Shown: positions 12,322 to 23,952 of the stretch, in pieces
Layout: every line of letters begins with the position of its first letter
How positions within the stretch are numbered: position 1 is the stretch's first letter
Source of the DNA: Yuukianura sp. NJ FZ-2021
Taxonomy: Eukaryota
Direction: 5' to 3'
DNA: 64,000 nucleotides
Assembly (NCBI GenBank): GCA_046563655.1
Contig: CM102285.1
Coordinates: forward strand, 5,642,001-5,706,000
Notes under the pieces: model-generated
Told to the model about the DNA's origin: nothing
What the model saw: only the letters and a program-made list of their open reading frames with translations
Databases searched by the model: none
Translations under genes and position numbers: made by a program

Positions 12322-14705
12322 CTAATTTTCTTCTGAGTTCGAGGAATTTACCGAGTTCATCCGGTACTGTCGATCCTCCAGAATCATCGTTGCTGCCTTT
12401 TCTCCTATCATGATTACAGGTGCCATAAGGTTGCCTTTTTTAGTAAAAATTTTTCAAAAATTTAAAACAATTTCGAAAATAATGTAATAAAATATGTCAT
12501 CAGATATAATTGTTGTAATTTTTATCTAATGCATACCTGTGGGAACAGACGGCATAATTGACGCATCAGCAACTCTGAGTCCTCTGATACCGCCTAATAC
12601 TCGGAGTCGCGGATCGACAACCGAAACCCGCCAATCCGGTGGCCCCATTCTGCAGGTTCCGCATACATGAAGTTCACTGGCCGTAAGATGCCTGATTTTG
12701 CATTTGATGTAGTCATCCGACTGGTTCCAAATGTCCACAGGGTTGAAATAGTTTTCGCAACCTGGAAGCGGAAACTCGAAAGGTTTGGCGCCAATTTTTT
12801 GAAACGCTTTTGTTTTGCCTAGACGCATTGAAAACGTGTATGCCTCCACCAATCTAGCCTCATCTAGGACGCTAGAAAGATAGGCGGGGTCAACCAATGG
12901 CGGGTCATTGGGGTTCCTTGACCTCAGTTTGACCTGACCTCGACTCTTGACATAGTTGAGACAAGAGAAGATGTTGAGTGTAGGTTGATTCAAGTATGGT
13001 CCATAGTACTTGTCCATAATTTCCTTGTTCAGTGTAGGAGCTCCTCCGGTCAATAGGATTTGACCTGGCGGAAGAATCGCTGGAGCGATCATGACGTCAG
13101 ACGGACCAAAAAGTTTTCCTAGAGCGGGAACTTCCGATTTGAAATTTATAACTCCCGCCTGATGCAAATAAAACTGTGACGTCAGTGGTCCAGTGCCGTT
13201 GACATACATGAGTTCCAAATTTTCAACGGTTAGGAGATCTTGCCAGAATGAAAAAACGGTACTGTTGAGGACAAAGTCAACTCCGCCTGATCGGGTGTGA
13301 TCGTGTAGGTTCAAACCGACATCAAGATCGGCCACAACCGGAATTCCAAGGGCTTCAAGATCCCTACTCGGTCCGATACCGGATAAGAGGAGGAGCTTAG
13401 CCGAACCAATGGCGCCAGCCGAAACAATAATTTCACCGTCGCCGTGAACTCGAGCAAAGTGAGTTCGGCCGTTATGGCGATATTGAACACTTACGGCTCG
13501 GCTCCGGTAAAAATGGACTTTAGTGACGGTTGCACCCGTTTGGATAAATAAGTTCGGTCGGTGTGTTTCGGGTTTGAGAAAGGCAGAGGCCGTAGAAAGT
13601 CGTTTTCCGCGTCGAGTTGTGCGCTGGATTCGACTTACACCGACTTGTTTTGCTCCGTTGATGTCCGTTTCGGGGTATCCTAGCTCCTTTGCAGCTTGGA
13701 TCCAAGTGTCTCCGAGAAGCCGGTACGGCGCAGTCGCTGTGGTGATGTCAGGAGTCGTAATGGTCATTGGACCGCCTGTGCTGTGATAATGCTTCTGCTG
13801 TTTCAAAACCGGATCGGTTTGGTGTTCAGATTTTCTAAAAAATGGCAATACGTCTTCATATGACCATCCTTCTGCACCGTAGTCGATGGCCCAACCGCGG
13901 TAGTCGTTTGGCCCGCCACGATTGTACATCATGCCGTTAATTGAAGATCCGCCTAAAATTTTGTACAAAAAAAAATTATAAAGTGTTTTTTCTACAAATT
14001 TCGATTCTAGCAATTTTCTCCCATGTGTATCACATTAAAAATTTTATTCCCAGTGGTTAGAGGGTGGGATCTAGTTTTAAGTGTCGTAGCTTCGATGCTT
14101 GACGTTCGTTATGTTGAATTATTTTTTTTTTTGAAACTTCCGATTTGAATTTTTTTCGAACTTTTTTTTTTTATATCGAAGTGAGTAAAATTGGACCACA
14201 ATTTTGAAGTTGGAAACTTGAGTTTACCGCCAAGTATTCTTGCTGTTAAAATATTGATTTGCCTGTCGGGAAATCCGAGTAGAGCCGAGCGTTGGGGCGT
14301 TGTGAGAAACTCGTTGAGTTGCGTCGTGGGTTGCAACACGTTCATGACGTCCATCGCTGGAATGTCATTCGATACCTGTTCTACGTCACCCTCTTCCAGA
14401 ACTAGAACACGCAAGTTGCGATCTTCCGACAGGCGACCAGCGATGACTGACCCTGCAGTGCCTATAGTGACAAAAAAGGAGACATTTTTTGAAGAACTTT
14501 AGTATTTTTCGAAATTTTTTAATTAAATATGAAAATTTATTACAAATTTGAAATTACCGCCGCCAACAATGATGTAGTCATACAGTTGTCTTGCATCTCT
14601 GGGAGCTTTTTCTTTAAGATATTGATGAGTTCTGTGATCCCTTAAAATTGTTAACGAAATAGAGAGCAAGGCCGCCCTGAGCAAAATTCCTACGTAGAAG
14701 GTCAT
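12322..14705 (-). CDS. GMC oxidoreductase (glucose dehydrogenase-like), copy 1, apparently intact
   Basis: Four exons; N-terminal hydrophobic segment; YDYIIVGGG|TAG FAD motif; GGSSING; SAGAIGS; catalytic His in ELHVCGTCRMG; last exon GNLMAPVIMIGEKAA ends at TAG 12322. Confidence 0.9.
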
Positions 14706-15150
14706 TGCAGAAAATTAAAATTTTAGTAAAAAAAAAATTGCGGTTGAATAAAAAGAAAAGTGGGGTTAAATAGAAAGTTGAAACACATTTCCTGGAACAG
14801 TACAAATTGTAATGTAGAATTTTTGTCAGTGTTGTTTGAATGGTTCATTTGTCATCTGAGTTTTCATTTTCAAGGTGTTTGCGTAAGTTTTTTGACATTT
14901 TAATGAAGAATAATTCGCACCTTCAACAACTTATCACAATTTACGTTTTATTTTTAACTTTTGTCACCAACGTCATCTTTGATGACGCATTTCACCGCAT
15001 AAAGGTCTTCGGTGAAAGAAAAAAACACTCCGAGTTTTTTTTAGGTTTTATGTTTGATTATACATTGCAGCATTAGATTCCCGCAACTTAAAATTCAAAT
15101 ATTTTCGGTAATTTTTTTCTTAGAGCTTAATTCAAATTTCAATTTTTTGA

Positions 15151-17522
15151 TTAAAAAGTTAAATTGGACGATAGCGCTAAATTCATGCGATGTTGCCGAT
15201 CTTCCAGAATCATCGCTGCCGCCTTTTCTCCTATCATGATCACTGGTGCAACGGTATTGCCTAAATTTTGAAGAATGTTAAAAAATATTTAATATATGAA
15301 AATATTTAAGAAAAACGAACCAAAAATAGGTATGTATGCTATATGCTAATGTTATGCTAAATGTTCTCGGCATATAGAGTTTACCTGTGGGAACAGACGG
15401 CATAATTGATGCATCAGCAACTCTGAGTCCACTGATACCGCCAAGTACTCTGAGTCGCGGATCTACAACTGACGTCCGCTTATCAGCTGGTCCCATTTTG
15501 CATGTTCCGCATATATGGCCTTCAGTGGCTGTCAAATGCCTTATTTTGCATCTGATGTAGTCATCTGACTGGTTCCAAATGTCAGCACTGTTGAAATAAT
15601 CTTCGCACCCTGGAAGCGGATACTCGTAAGGTTTGGCCCCAATTTTTTGAAACGCTTTTGTTTTACCCAGCCGCATAGAAAACTTGTAAGCATCGATCAA
15701 TCTATCCATATCCCGAGGATTAGACAGGTATGCAGGGTCAACTAATGGCTGGTCATTGGGGTTCGTTGACCTCAGTTTGACCTTCCCGCGACTCTGCACA
15801 TAGTTTAAACACGAGAAGATGTTAAGTGTAGGTTGACCAAAGTATGGTCCATAATACTTGTCCATAATTTCCTTGCTCAGAGGTGGGTCTCCGCCTGTGA
15901 GAAAAATTTGTCCGGACGGAAGAAGTGCTGGAGCGATCATGACGTCAGACGGACCAAACAATTTCCGTTTTGTAGTTGATTATTGCATACTGATGAAGGT
16001 AAAACTGAGAAGTCAGCGGTCCGGTACTGTTCACATACAGCTGTTCCAAGTTTTCAACGGTAAGAAGATCCTGCCAGGGTGTAAAAATTGTACTGTTTAC
16101 GACAAGGTCGACTCCGGCAGCACGCGGATGATCGTGAAAATTACGACCGACAGGCAGATTAGCAACGACCGGAATACCGAGTGCTTCCAGATCCTGTTTC
16201 GGTCCGATACCGGACAAGAAGAGGAGCTTGGCCGAACCAATCGTACCGGCCGAAACAATAATTTCACCGTCTTCGTGAACGCGAGCGACGTGAGTTCGGC
16301 CGTTGTGACGGTACCGCACACTTACTGCCCTGTTTCGGTCAAAATTGATTTTGGTAACGAATGCACCAGTGAGGATGAATAAGTTCGGTCGATGGGTTTC
16401 CGGTTTGAGGAAAGCCGTTGCCGTGGAAAGTCGTTTTCCGTTTCGAATTGTTCGTTGGATTCGGTTTGAACCGACTTGGTTTACTCCGTTGATGTCGGTT
16501 TCGGGGTATCCAAGTTCCTCAGCCGCTTGTAACCAAGTATCAACGAGCAGACGGTACGGCGCAGTAGCTGTGCTTGTATTTGGACTCGTAAGTGTCAATG
16601 GACCGCCCGTGCTGTGGTAGTACTTTTGTTGTTTCAAAACTGGATCTGTTTGGTCTTCCGATTTTTTATAAAATGGCAGCACATCTTCGTACGACCATCC
16701 TTTCGCGCCGTGTTCTATCGCCCATGCGCGGTAGTCGTTCGCTCCACCCCGGTTGTACATAAACCCATGAACTGATGATCCGCCTAGTTTAAAAAAAAAC
16801 ACTTTTTGTGTAAGTTGTTTTTATGTTTAAGTATTACACAGATATTTATAAATATCCAGCATGTATCAGTGTATCGGTTGGGTTAGAATGTCGACCTAAA
16901 TTTGAAAAGATGCTGGCACGAGTCCTGCAGTCGTGAATTCTTTTTTAATTATTTGTTTTTAAATCCACCCCCAACGGCTTATTCAGAAAAAACAAGTAAA
17001 ATTTATAAAAAAAAAAAAAAAGTTCAATTGAAAAGTTTCATTTTTTTTCACCGCCGAGTATTCTTCCTGTAGCAATTTTCAATTGTCTGGTGGGAAATCC
17101 GAGTGATGATGACTTTTGGGGCGTCGTGAGAATCCAGTTGAGTTGCGTCGTTGGCGGGAAGATATTCAAGAGGTCCATGGCTGGAATGTCGTTGGCGACA
17201 TTTTCGACGTCACCCTCTTCCAGAACCAGAACGCGCAAGTTGCTGTTTTCAGTGAGGCGACCAGCGATGACACACCCAGCCGTTCCTGGTTTCCACCAAA
17301 ACACAAACAAAAAAGTTTCAACTTTTCAAAAAAAAAATGGGTGACTTTTCAATTTTTTTTCTGAAATTTAAACTTACCGCCCCCGACAATGATGTAGTCA
17401 TACAATTGTTTGCCATGTGGTTCCTTTTCTTTGAAAGACTCGTGGTTTGTGTGATCTTGTAAAATTGTTAATGAAATGGAAAGCAGGGCAGCTTTTAGCG
17501 AAATTCCAACATAGAAGGTCAT
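15151..17522 (-). pseudogene. GMC oxidoreductase copy 2 with a 17-nt frameshifting deletion at ~15960
   Basis: Same exon structure as copy 1. Copy 1 has 21 nt between GAA and TTTGGTCCG (VPALGKL); copy 2 has 4 nt (ATTG), splitting ORFs 15945-16802 and 15278-15961. Confidence 0.75.
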
Positions 17523-17921
17523 TGCAAAACTAAAACTTTGTTAACAATACTGACTGTGCTTCAGCAAGCAAAAAGAACATTTTTTTTAATAAAAACTTTA
17601 AAGTCAGTTCCTGGAACGGTTAATTTCTGTGGACGTGCAGCTACATACAATTTATCACTTTGACATTTGAACTCTTCAAAAAAGAAAGAATACGAGTATG
17701 GCATTTCAATGAAAAATAATTTTCAGTTCGAAAAAAATTTTCAATAATTTTCGAGGCGATTCGCGTTTTGTGTAGTGAACACAATATAAAAAAAAAAGAC
17801 GAAGAAAAGGTTAAAAATATCTTGAGAGGCATTTTTAGCAAACACAAAATTACTTTAACAAAAACGAAAGTTTTTTTTGATTCAACACAAAAACAATGAA
17901 AATTTTCTGTGAGTATTTCTT

Positions 17922-20900
17922 TTATCCACGGTCTTCCAAAATCATCGCTGTTGCTTTCTCTGCGATCATGATTACAGGAACCATCGTATTTCCTTAAAAA
18001 AAAGGAGAGTATAACTATATATTTTCAAAAGTTTTTAATAAAATTTCAAAAGTTCCAAAATATATTTGATATTTTCCTGGAAACGCCAACACAAACTCGA
18101 AAGATTTTTTTTCGAAAACGTTACCTGTAGGAATCGATGGCATGATTGAAGCATCGGCCACTCGGAGTCCTTTGATTTGACCTCGAACTCTGAGTCGTGT
18201 GTCAACCACTGCTGAATTGTCTTCAGATGACCCCATTTTGCATGTTCCGCAGACATGAGCGTCACTTGTTGACAGCCATTTGATTTTACATGCAATGTAT
18301 TCGTCTGATTGGGCACTAGGATCCGTTGCATTAAAAAACTGGGCACACCCAGCCAGTGGAGTTTCAAATGCTTTGGCGCCAATTTTTTGAAATGCATACA
18401 TTTTGCCCAATTTCATAGCAATTTTGTAGGCTGCCACCAGTCTCTTCAGGTCATCTGGCTGCGTTAGATATGCCGGATCAATGATTGGAGCGTCAGTGTA
18501 GTTGGTTGACCTCAATTTGACCTGACCTCTGCTCTTCACGTAATTCAGACACATGATGATGTTCAGTGTTGGTTGACTTCCGTATTGTCCATAGTAGTCA
18601 TTCGTTTCTTGATTCCCTAACGGTCCCGTTCCTATTCCGTTGACACCTACAGGCAAAGCGGATGGCTCAATCATGATATCGGCTGGACCAAAAGTGGCGC
18701 CATCAGTAGGAACATCAGTTTGAATCTGGATTGCGCCTGCTTGGTGAAAGTAAAACTGAGACGCAAGTGGGCCAGTTCCATTGGAGTAAAATGATTCCAA
18801 GTTTTCAACTGTCAACAAATCCTGCCAGTCCGAAAAAACAGTAGTGTTGACCACAAAGTCAACACCGCCAACTCTTGTGTGATCGTGAAAGTTGTGTCCA
18901 ACAGGCAGGTCAGCCACGACAGGAATTCCTAGGCTTTTCAAATCCTCTTTCGGACCGACTCCGGACAAAAGCAGAAGTTGGGCTGAAGCGATTGCTCCGG
19001 CTGAAACGATGATCTCTCCGGCCGAGTTGACTTTGGCGACATACGTGACACTGTTGTTGTAGCGAAACTGCACAGCAACTGCGCGCTTATTTTCAAAAAT
19101 GATTTTGGCTGCAAAGGCACTCGTGATGATGGACAGGTTATCCCTGTCCAAAAGTGGACCGAGGTATGCCTTGGCAGTGGACAGTCTTTTGCCATCTCTC
19201 ATGGTCCGCTGAATCCTCGTTGAGCCAATTTGATTTGGTCCATTGATGTCTGTCTCTGGATATCCGAGTTCTGCCGCTCCTTCAATAAAATCAAGGTCGG
19301 TAAAAAAAAATCTGTAGCAGGTTGTCCAGTAACTCAAAGTCTAAAACTTTGTTTTAAAGTAGTAATTCTGGCCTTCTATGGTATTTTTTTTGCATGTAAC
19401 GTAGGATTGGTGCTAAAAGTTGTTGAAGTAAAGATTTTTGAAAACCAGGAGTTACTGGACAACCTATTGTAGGAAATACAATCCGTTGTCAAGAAACCTT
19501 GAATGAGAGTGTCCGACAGCAGGCGGTAGGGGGCAGTAGCTTGGTCAATGTCTGGAGTGGAAATTGTCATTGGTCCATCCGTTCCATGGTAAGTCGTATC
19601 CAGTTTCAAAATCGGATCTGTTTGATTTTCTAATTTTTTGAAAAATGGCAAAACGTCTGCGTACAACCACCCCTCTGCACCGTAGTCCAGAACCCATCCG
19701 TCGTAGTCTTTTGCCCCACCACGATTGTACATCATTCCATTCCCTGTGGACCCACCTAAGAAGTGAAGAATACATTTTGCAAATAAAGTACCGCATTATT
19801 CGCAATGGATAAGTTTAGGCCTTCATATATTAGACCAGAAGGATTAGGCTAACTAATTAAGCCAAGCAAACTTCAGTAAAACCATTGAAATGCCTCGGAG
19901 TTAGCAAATTATTGCCGAAAGATTAGTTTTTCACATTATAAGTGTGAAAACTGATACCTAATATATTTAAGATGTTAGGCTTTACTGCTTATACGCGACG
20001 AAATTAAGCCTAATGAACCTTCTGTGTGTTGAACAATTAGGCCCGAGAAATTCAGAATTCATAGGACCTAATTCGCTGTTGATTGAAATTTTAAGAGACT
20101 AATCATCGCCATAATACAATACAATCCAGGTACATGAAACAGAAACAAAATGTTGAAAATATATTACAAAAATCAGTATAATTCAAAAACAAAAAAATCG
20201 CTATGTACCCCCGAGGGCTCTTCCAGTGAGGATGCCAACTTGGTTGTTGGTAAATCCAAAAGCAGCATTTTGTTGTGGAACTGTCAAGTACTGGTTGAAT
20301 TGTGTCGTAGGTGGAATCCAGTTCAGAAAATCCATCGCTGGGATGCCATTGGACACAGTTTCTACGTCGCCCTTTTCAAGGACAAGAACGCGCAGACTCG
20401 GGTTCTCAGAAAGACGTCCAGCTATGACAGACCCAGCGGTGCCTGGATTTAAGATAAACTTATACTTGTATAATAACAGCAATCTAAATTGTACAATATG
20501 TGCGTAGATTGGAGAAAAATTTTTGATACTCTTGGTAGACTCCGATTTGTAAGAAAAAATTTTTCTAGACTAATTTGAGGACGCTGAACACGAACATGAA
20601 AAAAATTTCCGCGGAAACCACTTTTTTCAAATTTTTCAAAATATTGAAAAAAAAAAATTTTTTTGCATGGTTTTGGCTCCCGGCATGAAAATTGTGCATA
20701 AGCTCAGTAACCTAGCCTAACATACAAGTGCAATCACCATTGTTAATTTAAGCAAACCTAACACCGCGCCTTCGGCGCGGGAAATTGTAAGCCATTTCTC
20801 TATTTCAGGAGTCCGCCTAAATGTGATTCCAGATTCGAGTTCAACACCCCGAAATTAGTCGAGAAAATAAATTTCATGGAAATGGGAGACAAAAAAATCC

Positions 20901-21319
20901 CAGAAAATTTTTTTCCCAAAATTTTGAAAAAATTCAAAAAAGTGGTTTCCGCGGAAATTTTTTTTATATTCGTGTTCAGCATCCTCAAATTAGAGTAGAA
21001 AAATTTTTTAATGCAAATCGGACTCTACTAAGAGTATCAAATTTTTGCCTAGATTGGATATAGTATAACCACAATTTATTCATAAATAAGTAGAACTACA
21101 ATTATCAATTTCTGGTTAAATTTCAATACTAAAATATAATTAAATTGTAATTAAAGTCAATGTAACTTTACCTCCTCCGATGACAACGTAGTCGAATGGT
21201 TCCTGGAGTGTCTTCGGCAGTTTGTGTATCAAAGCGTCGTGATCCCTGGTTTCTTTCAAAACGCCAGCGGAAATAGCCAGCAACGCTGCTTTCAAAAGTG
21301 CTCCCGTATAAACCACCAT
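17922..21319 (-). CDS. GMC oxidoreductase copy 3, apparently intact, with a MITE in intron 1
   Basis: Five exons: MVVYTGALL...FDYVVIGGG | TAGSVIAGRLSE | GGSTGNGMMYNRGG | ...DAHVCGTCKMG | GNTMVPVIMIAEKA..EDRG*. Confidence 0.88.
20514..21049. mobile_element. TIR MITE with 9-bp TSD (Mutator-like)
   Basis: ~140-bp imperfect TIRs; TAGATTGGA at 20505-20513 and 21050-21058; empty site TAAATGGGA in the paralogous intron at ~26569; central CCGCGCCTTCGGCGCGG at 20764-20780. Confidence 0.88.
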
Positions 21320-21997
21320 TCTGAGTGTTAAAGTTGGCGGGATCTTGTGACGACAAAACAAGAAACGAAATAAAAAAAAGTTTATTACAAATGTATAAAT
21401 AGGTTCATGTATAATTTATAAATACATTCCATTTGACTTCCTGGAATTTGTCATAAATTAGAAATTGTTTAGCGTTCATCTCTTTTAAACTTGTTTGTAT
21501 CAAAATACTATCTTACCTTGAATTCAGTGTATTCACCACTTGATTTTGCGCAAACAAATATTCACTAAATTCTACTAGTTTAGCAATCCAGAATCTATGA
21601 AGTTCGGGGCTTGTGAAACCCTTTGATGGAATTGAAATTTTTATAAAAACAGCGTTTGATTTTGATGGAGTATTAATTCTGGAACTCTATACTTGGAGAA
21701 AGCAGAAGTTGAAATGCGTTTGGTACATTTGAAGCCTAACCTAATTTAAGGGGCCCAAAAGGCCCTGTGTAAATACAAAACAAGTTCTTTTGTATTTACA
21801 CAAGTGGCCAGCCAACTGTCCAGTCCAGGTCGACTTGACCTTGGCCTTTTTGGAATGCTGTTTACAGTCAACAACAACAAACTGAATTACAACAGTTTAA
21901 ACTCCAGTTGCATAATTGGTGTTTAACAAAGGGGTTGTTGAACTAAACATAGTTGAGAAATTGTTGTTGAACGACTCTTTTGATTTGGAGGGAAAAA

Positions 21998-22215
21998 TTA
22001 AACTGTCAGGCCATTCAGTTGTGGAATTGGGCGATAGATGGCAATCTGTGGTGATAGTGAATTCCGGACAGCCTGAAGTGTTCTAGCTGTAAGAATATTT
22101 TCAAAAACAGGACGCCGAGGCAGTTGTTCCGGTAATGCGACCGGCGATGACATACCCAGCAGTACCTGATTTGATGCCAAAACATTAAAAATGTCCAACT
22201 TTTCAGAAAAGTTCA
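21998..22215 (-). pseudogene. Degenerate 3' fragment of an alpha-carbonic anhydrase
   Basis: Translates to LEHF/QAVRNSLSPQIAIYRPIPQLNGLTV*, matching the last exon at 28912-29020 (LEQFWAIRSAQSRMLANYRPIQPLNGRTV). The preceding exon end ...SNQ|GTAC matches ...SKSQ|GTAC. Confidence 0.6.
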
Positions 22216-22956
22216 CTTTTGTTAAACTTGAACAAAAACGAATGCTGCTTCTGAGAAAACATACTTCTTTAAACACAAGTTCCAAATACAATTTCTGGTA
22301 CGGTTATACTTTTATTGACTTTCAACAGGGTCATTCACAACTTTCACGTTTGAACTCTTGAGAGAAGAAAATAGGAGTTTGGTATCTCAGTAAAAATAGT
22401 TTTTCGTTTAAAAAAATTTGTATGAAAGTATACGCAGTTATCCACTTTTAGAAGAAAAAAAAACTTTATAGAAAAACAGAAGAAGGACGTTTAATGAAAA
22501 AAAAACGCATTCCAAAGACTAAAATATTTGTTTTGTTTCTTGTTGTTATTTACTTATTTTTTTGGAAATTTCTGTATTTCAATTCATTGCGTCTGTAATC
22601 TGAGAGAATGCAACATGCAACCAAGTAGATTTTGAAAATGTTTTAAAAAATAACAGCAAATAATGCGTTTCATATTTTCAAAATAAACTTAACTCCGGTA
22701 ATTCAAATTTTAACGAATTTTCAACAGTTTTGTTGCGAAAATCAAAACCGTAGTTGAAATCGATTGAAATTATTTTGATGTAAGGAGAAACTTATGGGCA
22801 TTTTGGGTAAATCAAAAAAGTTCAGATTTTGATTAAAATGTTTTTGAGCATGCGTTCTCTTTTAGGCTTTCAACACAAAAAAAATTGATATTGTTAATTA
22901 CCGGAATGGAGAGACTATTTTTAAGTTTAGTTTTTTAAAGTTCCGGGTAATCTTGT

Positions 22957-23308
22957 TATCCGCAATCCTCCAAAATCATTGCTGCTGCCTTCTCGGCAAT
23001 CATGATGATAGGAGTCATTGCATGCATTACCTAAAAAAGTCGCAACTTCTTGTATATGTTTTTCATAAAATTTCATATTTCCCAGGAAACGCGAACTGGA
23101 GAGATTTTTTCTTCGAAAGCGTTACCTGTAGGAATCCATGGTTGCTGAATTGTCTTCAGATGACACCATTTGGCATGTTCCACAGGCATGCTGCTCACTT
23201 CCTGACAAACATTTGATTTTGCATCTGTTCTGAACTGTTCCAGCAATAAGAAAGCTTTCATAACCAGGACGCGCTGGTACTTGTTTTCACATGAACGTAG
23301 AAGGTCAT
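22957..23308 (-). pseudogene. Collapsed GMC oxidoreductase relic
   Basis: Retains last exon (PIIMIAEKAAAMILED), part of the HACGTC region with an internal deletion, and an ATGACCTTCTACG start like copies 1/2 at ~23308; the middle is deleted. Confidence 0.75.
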
Positions 23309-23952
23309 TTGTGTATTGAAGGGAAAAAAATTAACAAAAACTGGTTCTGCTTCTGAGAAAAAAAAACTTATTTATATTATCATTAAAAATAATATTTCAA
23401 ATCTGATACGGTTCAACCTTTGTCGACTATCAACTGGGTCATCTTCATCTATCATACTTTCACGTTTGGCATTTCAATGAAAAATAATTTTCAGTTTGAC
23501 AAAGTTTGGAAGAAATTACGCGCTCTGAAGAATAAAGAACTTTAAAAAAAAGAGATGGACATTTTTTGGCAAGACAGAAAAAATCATTCCAAACACTAAT
23601 TTTTTTTCCGAAATTTCTGTATTTCAAGTTCGTTGCTCTGTAATCTCACGGATTGCCACCTAAGATGATTTTCAAAAAGTTTAATAAAATAACTCCGTTA
23701 ATCCAAATTTTAACAAGGGTTTAAAGGATTACTTTGCGGGAATCAAAACCGTAAGTTGAAATCGATTGGAATTGCTAGGATTGGAATTGAAAGGAAGAAA
23801 ATTATAGACATTTTCGCATAAGATTTTGATTAGGTTGTTTTTGAGCATGCATTTCTTTTTACACCATTTCAAAGAAACTGCTTTTTAATTCGACGGAATG
23901 GAAAAAAAAATTTTTGAGTTTAGTTTTTGAACGTTCTGAGTAATCGGCTTGC

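Noticed and set aside
13523..20507. Plus-strand ORFs antisense to GMC exons (e.g. 13523, 14191, 15858, 16345, 20226)
   Set aside because: Shadow ORFs; their mutual similarity only mirrors the duplicated GMC exons
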